DNA from: an uncultured Gemmatimonadales bacterium
Lineage (GTDB): Bacteria > Gemmatimonadota > Gemmatimonadetes > Gemmatimonadales > Gemmatimonadaceae
NCBI GenBank assembly: GCA_963793305.1
Contig: CAWBZV010000005.1
Coordinates: forward strand, 1,024,001-1,088,000
Direction of reading: 5' to 3'
Length of the DNA: 64,000 bases
Shown in pieces: positions 8,383 through 18,278 of the stretch; position 1 is the stretch's first letter, and every line of letters starts with the position of its first letter. A program made the translations under genes and the position numbers. The notes below the pieces were generated by a model, which worked only from the letters and a program-made list of their open reading frames with translations, made no database searches and was not told where the DNA came from.

Positions 8383-8811
8383 ATGCCCCTCGTCCGTCCA
8401 GCCACCGAGGCCGACGCCACCTCAATGTCGGTGTTGTTCGCCCAGTTCGAGCACCCCACGCCCGCCGAGCCGATCCCCGCCCGGCTGGCCCGCCTGCTCT
8501 CACACGACGGCCAAGCGCTGGTCGCCGCCAATGACACCGGCCTCCTCGGCATAGCGACCACGCAAATCGTCTGGTCGCTGGTCGAAGACGCGCCTCGCGC
8601 GCTGCTGACGGCACTCGTCGTCCGCGGAGACACCCGCGGCCGTGGCGTCGGCCGCGCGCTCGTGACCGCGGTCGAGCATTGGGCGCGCGAACGCGGCGCC
8701 GAACGTGTGGTCGTAACGACCGCTTTGCGTCGCGCCGGCGCTCACGCCTTCTACGAACGCCTCGGCTTCGAATTCACAGGCCGCCGCTACGGGAAGTCAA
8801 TCGGATCATAG
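8383..8811 (+). CDS. GNAT-family N-acetyltransferase
   Basis: LVVRGDTRGRGVGRALV acetyl-CoA motif and AHAFYERLGF. Confidence 0.92.
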   Translation: MPLVRPATEADATSMSVLFAQFEHPTPAEPIPARLARLLSHDGQALVAANDTGLLGIATTQIVWSLVEDAPRALLTALVVRGDTRGRGVGRALVTAVEHWARERGAERVVVTTALRRAGAHAFYERLGFEFTGRRYGKSIGS

Positions 8812-9107
8812 CGGCTGCGGCCCGTGAATTCGCTGTCGGTTGGACATCGCTTGGCTGCGCCAAGCTGAGGGGGCCGCCGATACGTGAAATCGATAATTCG
8901 ATAGCGAAAATCCGCGCTGTCGCATTTCGTGCCGTTGACGTCGCATGTAACAGTCGCACCGCTCGTTTTGCGCCACCTAACGCATGTGTGCCGGTCAAGT
9001 TTTCCGCGCTCGCAAGTGCGCGTGACGGTGCGCCGAACGAGCCGTCATGAGTGTGCCGATCGCACGCGACGCGCGCGCCCCCCGCCACACAATCGCCCGA
9101 GAGCTCC

Positions 9108-11727
9108 ATGATTGGGATGCCGAACCTCAAGAAGCGCGGCCTGGAAAACGGGTCGAATGGTCACGCGGCCCCCGCCGCACCATCCTACGACGTCGCGGCG
9201 CTGGAAGCGCTCGTGCAACGCGCCGAGGGCGCGGCGGCGGCGCTCCGCGCGCTCGATGAGCGAGCAGCGGCCGTGGCGGCGCTCGAGGACCGCGTGACGC
9301 GACTCGCGGCACAGCTCGCGGGCGCGGACGCCGTCGGCAATCAGCTCTCGACGATGCAAGAACAAGCCACCCGACTCAGCGCGGCCCAGGAACGCTCGCA
9401 GTCACAGCTCGCCTCGGCCAATGCCGACGTCGAGCGCGTGCGCGGCGCCTGCGGGACGTTGATCTCCAAGGTCGACGCCGCGCTCGAGCTCCGCGATCAA
9501 CTCGACCGTCTCCTCGCGCTCCAACCGCGACTCGACGCGCTGCGCGGCGAGGCGGACAACATGACAGGCGAGATGCGCGACCTGACGGACAACGTCGGGC
9601 GCCTGCGCGCGCTGCACGAGGATGTGCTGCGCGCCCATAAGCACGCCACCTCGCGCTTGGACGGCGTGGACCAGCGCTATCAGGCGACCGGCAGCAAAAT
9701 GGACCAGATCGAGCGCCGCGCGTCGGCCGCCGAACAGGCCCTGGAGTCGCTGCTCCGCATCGCCAGCGGGATTCCGAACGTGCAACACCAGCTCGGGGTC
9801 CTCAAAGCGATCGCCGAGCAAGTGGCCCAGAAGACCGCCGTGCTCGAGCAACAGCGCGACGTCGTCGATCGCGCCGCGAACCAGGTGTCGCACGTGGTCT
9901 CGCTCACCGGCCAGCTCGACGCCTCGTTGCGGAAGCAGGATGAGCAGACGCGCAGCCTGACCGCGCTCGACACGAAGCTCACCGAGATACAGGCGACGCA
10001 CGCCGCGGTGATCGCGCGCGCCGAGGAGATCGCCGCCAACCAACGCCAGCTCGACGAAACCGAGCGCGAGGCGACGCGCACACTGTCCGATCTCAAGGTC
10101 GAGATGCGGACCAGCGCCGAGCGGTTCGAGCTCGAGAATCGCACGCTCGACATGGTCAGCGAGCGCATCGCCGAGCTGCGCGGCGGCGTCAAGGAGTGCG
10201 AGACACGCGTCTCATCGCTCGAATGCCGCCACCCGCGCGGTCGCGGACACCGAGGCCCGCGCCCGGCAGCTCGCCACGCAGATCGGCTCGCTCGGCGAAG
10301 ACATCAATAAGATCGCGTTGACCGCCGAACGACTCCGGACGGTGCCCCAGGACGTGGCGCAAGTCGAACGGTCGTTGGCCGATATGTCGACGCGCATGGA
10401 CCGCGTCGAGCAGGTCCGCCCGGTGGTCGAGGTGATCACGCGCGATATGGCGACCTTGAACGGCGCACACGAGTCGATCCGCGATGGGCTGGAGCAAGTG
10501 CGCGCTGCGTACAGCGAGATGACCAAGCTGCGCGAGCGGCAGACCGAGATCGATGGCTACCTCGCGGACGCCGACCAGCGGATGGTGACCCTCAAGGAGC
10601 ACGTCGCCGAGCTGGAGCGCATGCGGCCCGCGACCGAGGCGCTCGGCGCCCAGGTCGAGGCGTTGACGGCGGCGACGAGCTCGGTCGAGAGCCGTCGAGA
10701 AGTGGTCGACGCGTTGCACCAGAAAGTCAACGAGTTGGAGTCGTCCGTCGGGCAGCTCGATGAGCGCGGCGAAGGCGTGCGCCAACGGATGGACTCGGCC
10801 GAGGCGCGGTTTACCGACCTGTCGCGCCAAGCCTCCGAGGCCCAACGCGTCGCGGCGACCATCGCGTCCGTCTCGGCCTCCGTCGAAGCGGCCGAGCGGC
10901 GCATGCGGGCCGTGAACGGCACGATGGAAACGCTCGAGTCGCGCGCCCAGATGCTCGACGGGCTCGGCGAACGCATGCGGCTCCTCGGTCAAGAGCTCGA
11001 GCAGCGGCAAGGCGCGCTCGACAAAGCCGCCGAGCATCTCACGAAAGCGTCCGCGGCGCGCCGGGAAGCCGCCGATGCCGCGCAGCGCCTCGAAGATCTC
11101 ACGCGGGGTATCGCGAAGCAGCTCGACACCGCGAGCACGCAGGCCGCGTCGGCCGAGCAGATCGTGCAAGGGCTCGAAGGACGCATGGCGACCCTCGGCA
11201 ATGTCGAGAAGCGGATGGGTCGATTCGAGGAGCTCCTCGCCACGTGGGAGGCCGCGCAGACCGAGGCCGCCCAGGCGCTCGAGCAGATCACGAATCGCCA
11301 GGCGATGATCGACGCCGTGCAAGCACAGATCAAGCACGCGTCCGAGATCGCCGAGCGGACCGCCGAGCATGTCCAGTCGATCGCGTCGTCACGCCAGCAG
11401 ATCGAGGAAGCGCGAGCGACATTGGAGACCACGCGCGCCGAGTTGGTGACGGCCAATGGCACGATGCGGGACCTCGCGGACCGGCGGCGCCAGCTGGACG
11501 AGCTCGAAGCCCGTCTCGCCCGCGCCGACGCGCTGGGACAGTCCGTCCGCTCGACGGTCGAGGTCCTGGCCGGTCAACGGGCGTTCGTCGACCAGATCCT
11601 TGAGCGCACCGGTACCCTCAGCTTCCAGATGAAGCAGGCCGAGGCCCTGACCGAGGCGCTCAGGACCGAGTGCGCCCTGGCGACTCAGCTCAAGGCCGCG
11701 GTGGACGAGCTTCGCCGGGAAGTGTGA
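9108..11727 (+). CDS. Very long coiled-coil protein (~870 aa), split by a +1 insertion at 10222/10223
   Basis: ORFs 9051-10310 and 10318-11727 join as VSSLDAATRAVADTEARARQL if one A is removed. Continuous A/E/L/Q/R heptads, no ATPase motif, no TM segment. Confidence 0.8.
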
Positions 11728-11793
11728 CCGGTAGTTTCGTCCGCCCCGGTCTCGTCGTCTGAATACAGAATAGCCAGTCCCAGAGGAGAGGCG

Positions 11794-12711
11794 ATGATGA
11801 GACTTGAGAGGCGAGCGGCCGCGCTCAGCCTGCTGGCCGTAGCCGCGTGTGGCGGTGTGACGGTGAAACAACATGCGATCGGAAACCGCATCGTCCCGGT
11901 GGATAGCACGCCGGCCGAAGCGGTGGCCCCTGCGCCGGCGCCTGCCGCGCCGTCGCCGACCATTCTGTCACGCCCGATCCTGGTCGGGAACGACCGCGGC
12001 GGTCGCCCGCAGGTCCGCAAGGGCGAGCACGACGCGGCGCCCTACATTGATCGCCCAGGTGGCCCCCGTGACGCGGGCCATATCATCGCGTCGAGCGAAG
12101 TCGTGGGCATTGATGTGATCGAAGCCCGGTCGCCCTACGTCATCGACGAAGTCTTGTACGTGAAGATGCCCAATGGCGTGACACCGACGACTGGTATGCA
12201 CCTGGCAATCGAATCCCTCGGTCCCGACTTCGAAGCCTACGGCCAGGTCCTGATCCCAACGGGCGAGGTCACGGTCGTCGCCCCGGGCGGACCAGGTGAG
12301 GCAACGTCAGTGCGCCTCGAACGCCAATTCGCGGAAGTCGAGCCAAACCAGCTCGTCGTACCGATCGAAGCGCCGAAATATCCGCCTGTTGGCCAGCGTG
12401 CGGTTGCCGTCACGGACGGCGTGAAGGCGAAAGTCATCTGGGTCTCGGGCGACCCGGTCGAGCCCACGCTCGGCTACTACGTCGTGCTCGATGCCTCCGA
12501 GCGCGCTGGTGTGCACGTCGGCGACCAGTTCACGCTGCTGCGCCCGCGCATGCGCGATGAGCTCACCGGTCTCTGGCTGCCCGAGCAGGACATTGCGACG
12601 ACGCAGGTCGTGCGCGTTGGTGCGCACAGTTCGACCGCCGTCGTGATCGCGCAAACGATGCCGGCCATCACGGCTGGAGCCGACGCGCGCCTCACCGCGA
12701 AAATGCCCTGA
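11794..12711 (+). CDS. Hypothetical lipoprotein with beta-rich C-terminal domains
   Basis: AGGAGAGG RBS, lipobox LLAVAAC, Pro/Ala linker, then a VVLDASERAGVHVGDQFTL beta domain. Confidence 0.75.
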   Translation: MMRLERRAAALSLLAVAACGGVTVKQHAIGNRIVPVDSTPAEAVAPAPAPAAPSPTILSRPILVGNDRGGRPQVRKGEHDAAPYIDRPGGPRDAGHIIASSEVVGIDVIEARSPYVIDEVLYVKMPNGVTPTTGMHLAIESLGPDFEAYGQVLIPTGEVTVVAPGGPGEATSVRLERQFAEVEPNQLVVPIEAPKYPPVGQRAVAVTDGVKAKVIWVSGDPVEPTLGYYVVLDASERAGVHVGDQFTLLRPRMRDELTGLWLPEQDIATTQVVRVGAHSSTAVVIAQTMPAITAGADARLTAKMP

Positions 12712-12753
12712 ATGCGGTAGTAGGGGGCGTCGGGCCTGGTTAGATTAGACCGG

Positions 12754-13566
12754 GTGATCGCGACCGCCCTCTACTGTGCCGTCCTGTGTTACGCGGGTGC
12801 CGCGGCCCTTGCCGCGACACCCGTCGCGCGTCCGATCGGGGCGCCCGTTCGCGCGGTCCTGACGGTCCTCGCCATCGGCGTCGTGCTGCACGCCGCGGCG
12901 ATCGTCGGCGCGACTCGTGCATTGGGTCAGCTGCCGCTCGCGGGCCTTGGCCCGGCGCTCTCGTTCGCGGCCCTCGCCCTCGCGACGGCGCTGCTCGTCG
13001 TCGAATACGCGACGCGCGAGGTCACGCTCACGCTCGTCGCCGCGCCACTCGCCGCGCTCGCGGCGGCCGCCGCGGCGATCCTCGGCGTCGGTGCCGGCGC
13101 CTCCGTGCTCCCGACCGGCGTGCGCGGCGCGTGGCTCGCGGCGCACATCGCGCTTTCCTTCGCGGGAATCGCCGCATTCGGCACGGCCGCGGCCGCCGGC
13201 TCGATGTACTTGGTCGAGCGCCACCAGCTCCGCTCGCGCCGGTTCACGTCGGTCTTCCGCCTGTTCCCGCCGCTCGAAACGCTCGACCGCGTCAATCACG
13301 TCGGCGCCATCGCCGCCTGGCTCGGCCTCACGGCTGGCGTGGCGCTGGCCGTCTCGTACTCGGCCACCTATGGCGCCGCTGACATTCCGCAGATCGTCTG
13401 GGGCGTCGGCGCCTGGATCGCCGCCACCGCGCTCGCGCTCGGCCGGCTCGTCGGCGGATGGCGCGCGCGCCGCGCGGCGGTAATCGCCAGCGTCGCATTC
13501 GCGCTTATTCTCGCGTCGTATGTCGCGGCGCGAGCGATGGCGGCGAGGCCCGGTCAGTTCCTGTGA
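12754..13566 (+). CDS. ccsA: Cytochrome c assembly protein CcsA/HemX family
   Basis: About 8 TM segments. WLAAHIALSFAG...MYLVERHQLR...FPPLETLDR. Upstream of hemA. Confidence 0.82.
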   Translation: MIATALYCAVLCYAGAAALAATPVARPIGAPVRAVLTVLAIGVVLHAAAIVGATRALGQLPLAGLGPALSFAALALATALLVVEYATREVTLTLVAAPLAALAAAAAAILGVGAGASVLPTGVRGAWLAAHIALSFAGIAAFGTAAAAGSMYLVERHQLRSRRFTSVFRLFPPLETLDRVNHVGAIAAWLGLTAGVALAVSYSATYGAADIPQIVWGVGAWIAATALALGRLVGGWRARRAAVIASVAFALILASYVAARAMAARPGQFL

Positions 13567-14141
13567 GCGCCTACCCGCTGGTCCTGGACGGCGACCGCAT
13601 CCGCGCCTTGATCGTGGGCGGCGGGCCCGTGGCGCACCGGAAAGCCGCGGCCTTGCTCGACAGTGGCGCGACCCTGCGCATAGTGGCCGCTGCCCTGTGC
13701 CCGGCAATGCGCGGCCTCGCGGCCCATGAACGCGTGAGCGTCAGCGAACGCGAATATGAGTCGACCGATATCAGCGACGCGACGCTCGTGGTCGCCGCGA
13801 CCGATCGGCGCGAGGTCAATGCGATGGTCGCCGCCGACGCCCATGCCAAGGCGCGTCTCGTCAACGTCGCCGACGAACCGGCCGAGGGCGATTGGGTCAG
13901 CGTCGCCACGCACCGCGCGGGACCGCTCGTGATCGGTGTCTCGGTCGGTGGTGTTCCGACCGCGGCCACTCGCATCCGCGATGCGATCGCCGAGCGATTC
14001 GACCGCCGGTATGTGAGCGCGCTGACGGCGTTGATCGCGCTGCGGCGTCAAGTCCTCGATGCCGGCGGCACGGACGCCTGGCGCCAAGTCGACCGCGAGC
14101 TCGTCGGCCCTGATTTCTGCGAGCGCGTCGAGTGTCAGTAA
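13563..14141 (+). CDS. sirC: Precorrin-2 dehydrogenase / sirohydrochlorin ferrochelatase (SirC / CysG N-terminal)
   Basis: YPLVL, IVGGGPVAHRKA Rossmann motif, VVAATDRREVN and VNVADEP. GTG overlaps the ccsA stop. Confidence 0.88.
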   Translation: MSAYPLVLDGDRIRALIVGGGPVAHRKAAALLDSGATLRIVAAALCPAMRGLAAHERVSVSEREYESTDISDATLVVAATDRREVNAMVAADAHAKARLVNVADEPAEGDWVSVATHRAGPLVIGVSVGGVPTAATRIRDAIAERFDRRYVSALTALIALRRQVLDAGGTDAWRQVDRELVGPDFCERVECQ

Positions 14142-15373
14142 TCGTCGTGGGCGTGAGCCACTGGACCGCGCCGATCGAGGTGCGCGAACGCTGCGCCTTC
14201 AACACGAGCGCCACGCTGCCGGCGCTGGAGATGCTGCGCGCGCAGACCGCGTTGCGCGAAGCCGTTCTGCTCTCCACCTGCAATCGCACGGAAATCTACG
14301 TCGTCGAAGGCGAGCAGGATGCCGTACCGGCGATTTGGTCACTCCTTGGAGAGGAGGCGGCGAGGAGCGGGTACGTCAGGCGAGACCGCGAGGCCGTCCA
14401 CCACTTGATGCGTGTGACCGCCGGTCTCGACGCGATGATTCTCGGCGAGGCGCAGATCCGGGGACAGGTGCGCGATGCCTGGGAAGCGAGCCGGCCACAA
14501 TCCGGCCCGATGCTGAATCGCGCGTTCCAATCGGCCCTCGGCGTCGCGGGCCGCGTCCGCACGGAGACGGCGATCGGGAGAGGCGCCGCATCGGTGAGCT
14601 CGGCGGCAGTGCAACTGGCGAAGCAGATCTTTGGTACACTCGCCGGCCGGAGCGCCATGGTGCTGGGCGCCGGCGACATGGCGGAGTTGGCGCTGGAATG
14701 CTTGGTGAACGAAGGCGTCCGGGCCGCGCTCGTCGCCAACCGCACCTTTGAGCGCGCCGAATCGCTCGCGCGACGCCACGGCGCCACGGCGATTCACTAT
14801 GACGCCTGCTGGCAGCGCCTGGGCAGTGTGGATCTTCTGCTGTGCTCCACCGCCGCGCCGCATCCGATCGTGTTGGAAGAGCACGTCCGTCCGGCGCTCG
14901 CCGCTCGCGGGGGTCGCCCGCTGTGCATTCTCGACATCGCGCTCCCCCGCGATGTCGACCCGGCCGTCGGCACGCTCGACAACGTCTTCCTCTACGACCT
15001 GGATGACCTCCGCGCCGTCGTCGCCGCGAATCTCGACCGCCGCCGCGAGCAGCTGCCGACGGCCGAGCAACTCATCGAGCGCGAGGTCGAGAAGTACTGG
15101 CAGTGGCTGGCGGGACTGGCCGCCGTGCCGGTGGTCACCGACGTCCGCGCGGCGATGGAGCGACTCCGCGAGGCCGAAGTGGCCGCGGCGCTCCGCCGCC
15201 TCGGCGACGTGAGCCCTGAGCAACGCGAAGCGATCGAATACTTATCCAAGGCCCTGATGAACAAATTCTTGCACGAGCCGTCGGTGCGCCTGCGCGCCGC
15301 GGCCGCCAATGGGCGCGGGCTCGGCATCGTGGATGCCGCGCGCTATCTCTTCGGCGTCGACGAGCACCAGTGA
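14132..15373 (+). CDS. hemA: Glutamyl-tRNA reductase
   Basis: LSTCNRTEIY, GEAQIRGQV, LGAGDMA and DIALPRDVD motifs. Confidence 0.97.
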   Translation: MSVIVVGVSHWTAPIEVRERCAFNTSATLPALEMLRAQTALREAVLLSTCNRTEIYVVEGEQDAVPAIWSLLGEEAARSGYVRRDREAVHHLMRVTAGLDAMILGEAQIRGQVRDAWEASRPQSGPMLNRAFQSALGVAGRVRTETAIGRGAASVSSAAVQLAKQIFGTLAGRSAMVLGAGDMAELALECLVNEGVRAALVANRTFERAESLARRHGATAIHYDACWQRLGSVDLLLCSTAAPHPIVLEEHVRPALAARGGRPLCILDIALPRDVDPAVGTLDNVFLYDLDDLRAVVAANLDRRREQLPTAEQLIEREVEKYWQWLAGLAAVPVVTDVRAAMERLREAEVAAALRRLGDVSPEQREAIEYLSKALMNKFLHEPSVRLRAAAANGRGLGIVDAARYLFGVDEHQ

Positions 15374-16341
15374 CGCAACGCGCACTCATCACGGGCGGCG
15401 CGGGATTCATTGGATCCCATGTCGCGGACGCCTTCGTTGCGGCCCAATGGGATGTCACCGTCGCCGACAATCTCTCGACCGGCCGCCGCGAGAATGTCCC
15501 GGACGCCGCGACGTTCGTCGACATCGATGTCACGAGCCCCGACGCGATCCGCGTGGTACGCGACGGTCGGTTCGATGTGATCTGTCATCTGGCCGCGCAG
15601 ATCGACGTGCGGAAAAGCGTCGCCGACCCGGTGCATGACGCGGCCATCAACGTGCTCGGCACGCTCAACATCGTGGAAGCGGTGCGGGCGTCGGGCGGCG
15701 CGGGCCGGACGCGCGTGATTTTCTCCTCGACCGGCGGCGCGTTGTACGGCGATTTCGTGTCGCCGCCGACGGTGGAGACGGCGCCGAAAGACCCGCAATC
15801 GCCCTACGGGATCGCCAAGCTCTCGGCCGAGTACTACCTCGCGTACTACGCTCGACTGCACGCGCTCGACACGGTCGCGTTGCGCTACGCCAACGTCTAC
15901 GGGCCGCGACAGGACCCGCACGGCGAGGCGGGCGTGGTGGCGATATTCTGCAGCCGCATTCTGGAGGGTCGACCCCTGACGGTCTTTGGAGACGGACGAC
16001 AGACGCGCGACTACGTGTTCGTGAAGGACGTTGCGCGGGCCAACCTGGCCGCGGCGACGCGGGACCTGCCGCCCGCCGGTGCGCTCGATGCGCGCGGGTT
16101 CAACATTGGGACGGGCGTCGAGACGAGCGTGCTCGATCTGGCGCGCGGGTTGAATCGCGCCGCCAAAGCGACGGCTCCCATCGAGCACGCGCCGGCGCGC
16201 ACGGGTGAGCAGCAGCGGTCGACGGTCGTGGTCACCAAGGCCGCCGAGCAGTTGGGGTGGCGGCCGACGGTGTCGCTCGATGCCGGGCTGGCCGAGACGT
16301 TCCAGTATTTCGCCCGGCAGCGGGCCGCCGAGGCCGTATGA
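15370..16341 (+). CDS. NAD-dependent epimerase/dehydratase (UDP-glucose 4-epimerase-like)
   Basis: ITGGAGFIGSH, YGIAK (YxxxK) and RYANVYGPRQDPHGEAGVV. Confidence 0.93.
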   Translation: MTQRALITGGAGFIGSHVADAFVAAQWDVTVADNLSTGRRENVPDAATFVDIDVTSPDAIRVVRDGRFDVICHLAAQIDVRKSVADPVHDAAINVLGTLNIVEAVRASGGAGRTRVIFSSTGGALYGDFVSPPTVETAPKDPQSPYGIAKLSAEYYLAYYARLHALDTVALRYANVYGPRQDPHGEAGVVAIFCSRILEGRPLTVFGDGRQTRDYVFVKDVARANLAAATRDLPPAGALDARGFNIGTGVETSVLDLARGLNRAAKATAPIEHAPARTGEQQRSTVVVTKAAEQLGWRPTVSLDAGLAETFQYFARQRAAEAV

Positions 16342-17087
16342 TTCTCGCCCAGATTGGTTCAGCGATCCCGACGTTGCCCCTCGGGTTGATCATCGCATCG
16401 ACACTGGTCACAAAAATTATTCTGGGCATCCTCGTCGCGCTCTCGTTACTGAGTTGGACCATCATGTTCGCGAAGTGGCGCCAGTTCGCGTCACTGGATC
16501 GGGTGAGCCGGGATTTCCTGACGCGATTCGAACACGCCGAGCGCTTCGAGCAGGCGGCGGCCCTGGCATCCCGGTCCGTCTCGAACCCGTATACGCGCAT
16601 TCTCGCCCGCGCGGCCCAATTCATCCAAGCGTCGGGGCGCTCCAGTGGCCAAGTCGCGATGCCGGGGGCAGGCGGCACCGCGGTCGCAGCTCCTCCCGCA
16701 CGCGCCACGGCGGTCACCGTCGCTCAAGTCGAGGCGATGCGCCTGTTGCTGGATGCCGAGACGAACGAGGAACGGGATCGCGTGTCTCATTTCATTCCAT
16801 CGCTCGGCACCATTGGGTCAGTCAGCCCGCTCATCGGCCTGCTCGGTACCGTCCTGGGCGTCATCGACGCGTTTATCGGTCTCGCGGCACATGGATCCGG
16901 CAACATTGGCGCGGTCGCGCCAGGCGTGGCTGAAGCACTCATTGCCACGGCCGCGGCGCTGAGCGTGGCCATTCCCGCGGTATTCGGATACAACGTCTAT
17001 GCGAACCGCCTCAATCGGTTTGACAATCAGCTCGAAGCGTTCGGGTCCGAGGTGATTGCGCTCGCCGTTCGCGAAGGTCGTGTGTAG
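16338..17087 (+). CDS. tolQ: TolQ (MotA/TolQ/ExbB proton channel)
   Basis: LGTIGSVSPLIGLLGTVLG...VAPGVAEALIATA. First gene of the tol-pal cluster. Confidence 0.92.
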   Translation: MILAQIGSAIPTLPLGLIIASTLVTKIILGILVALSLLSWTIMFAKWRQFASLDRVSRDFLTRFEHAERFEQAAALASRSVSNPYTRILARAAQFIQASGRSSGQVAMPGAGGTAVAAPPARATAVTVAQVEAMRLLLDAETNEERDRVSHFIPSLGTIGSVSPLIGLLGTVLGVIDAFIGLAAHGSGNIGAVAPGVAEALIATAAALSVAIPAVFGYNVYANRLNRFDNQLEAFGSEVIALAVREGRV

Positions 17088-17503
17088 TGGCCAGTCGCCG
17101 TCGTGGTGAACGCCTCGCGATAAACGCGGAGATCAACGTCGTCAGTCTGATCGACGTGATGATGCTGCTCATGATCATTTTCATGATCACCGCGCCGATC
17201 ATGCAGGGTGGCGTCGACGTGAACCTCCCAAAGGCCGAAGCCAAGCCACTGGAACCCAAGAGTGGCCTCGTCGTTACCGTCGACCACGCCGGTCAAATAA
17301 CAGTTGACGAGACGAAGCTCTCGTACAGCGAGTTTCGCGCGAGCTTCAAGGCGCTGGCGGCACAGCGTGGCAAGGAAGGTGTGTATCTCCGGGCCGATGC
17401 CGGCGTCCCATATGGCACAGTGGTCCAGGTGCTCGCGGTGATGCGCAACGCAGGAGTATCCGACATCGGCATGGTGGCCGAGCCGGAGGAGATCAAGCAG
17501 TGA
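17087..17503 (+). CDS. tolR: TolR (ExbD/TolR)
   Basis: AEINVVSLIDVMMLLMIIFMITAP and LRADAGVPYGTVVQV. Confidence 0.93.
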   Translation: MASRRRGERLAINAEINVVSLIDVMMLLMIIFMITAPIMQGGVDVNLPKAEAKPLEPKSGLVVTVDHAGQITVDETKLSYSEFRASFKALAAQRGKEGVYLRADAGVPYGTVVQVLAVMRNAGVSDIGMVAEPEEIKQ

Positions 17504-17588
17504 CATGACCGGAGCTGGCCGGCCAAGCTCTGTCCAACCGACCAGTCGACCCGCGTAGCGGCGTCGACGCGCGGCGAGCCGCGCTCCC

Positions 17589-18278
17589 ATGGGGAGCTCG
17601 TTCGGTGCCGCAGCGCTGTTACATGTGGGATTCGTCGCGGCGCTGGTATTCCTCGCGCGCCAGTCGCCGTCGGTGATGCCGCCCGTCTACCGGGTGAACA
17701 TCCTCGCCGCGCCACCGGGGCCGACGCGGGAGATCGGGATCGTGCCATCGACGCCGACTCCACCACCGCCGCCGACGCCCGAGCCGGTCGCGCCGCCGCC
17801 CCTCACGCAGCCGCCACCCGTCGTGCCGACGTTCACGCCCAAGAAGCCCGATGCGGTGCCGAAGCCCAAGCGGGCGACGCCGACGACCGCGCCGCCGCCG
17901 AAGCCCTCGGTGCAGCAGCCGATTGCGCAGGGTGGTCCCCAGGGGGGGACGGGCACCGACGTCGCGACCGTGCAACTCGATCAGGGAATAGACTTTCCAT
18001 ATCCGGCATACCTGAATAACATCGTGCGGCAGGTCGCGCTCAACTTCAAGCCGGATGATCCGAACACGGCGTTGCACGCGGTGGTCTTCTTTTTGATCCG
18101 TCGTGATGGGACGGTGGCCGGGGTGCAGTTCCGGACCCGGTCGGGCGATTATGCGTTTGATCTCGAGGCGCGCGGCGCGATCGAGAAAGCGGCCGGCGCG
18201 TTTGGCGCACTACCCGACGGGTTCCATGACGACGTCCTTCCGGTGTATTTCAGTTTCGATCCCCGCCTTCTTCACTGA
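17589..18278 (+). CDS. tolA: TolA/TonB-family energy transducer (start uncertain)
   Basis: TM segment containing His, Pro-rich linker, TonB_C-like FLIRRDG...RSGDYAFD. Lies between tolR and tolB. Confidence 0.85.
   Translation: MGSSFGAAALLHVGFVAALVFLARQSPSVMPPVYRVNILAAPPGPTREIGIVPSTPTPPPPPTPEPVAPPPLTQPPPVVPTFTPKKPDAVPKPKRATPTTAPPPKPSVQQPIAQGGPQGGTGTDVATVQLDQGIDFPYPAYLNNIVRQVALNFKPDDPNTALHAVVFFLIRRDGTVAGVQFRTRSGDYAFDLEARGAIEKAAGAFGALPDGFHDDVLPVYFSFDPRLLH

Noticed and set aside
1093..8811. Prophage, integron or IS element explaining the accessory patch
   Set aside because: No integrase, transposase, phage structural gene, attC-like repeat series or terminal inverted repeats were found.
9108..11727. 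SMC/Rad50 or chemoreceptor call for the coiled-coil protein
   Set aside because: No Walker A/B, signature motif, hinge, TM segment or MCP hairpin motif is visible.
17505..17588. Stop-codon read-through (in-frame TAG) extending tolA to ATG 17505
   Set aside because: Every other TAG in the window behaves as a stop. ATG 17589 gives a plausible TolA, and a local sequence error cannot be excluded.
16338..18278. TolQ/TolR/TolA as a gliding motor (AglRQS) or TonB-ExbBD system
   Set aside because: They are followed directly by tolB, pal and cpoB, the standard tol-pal order.
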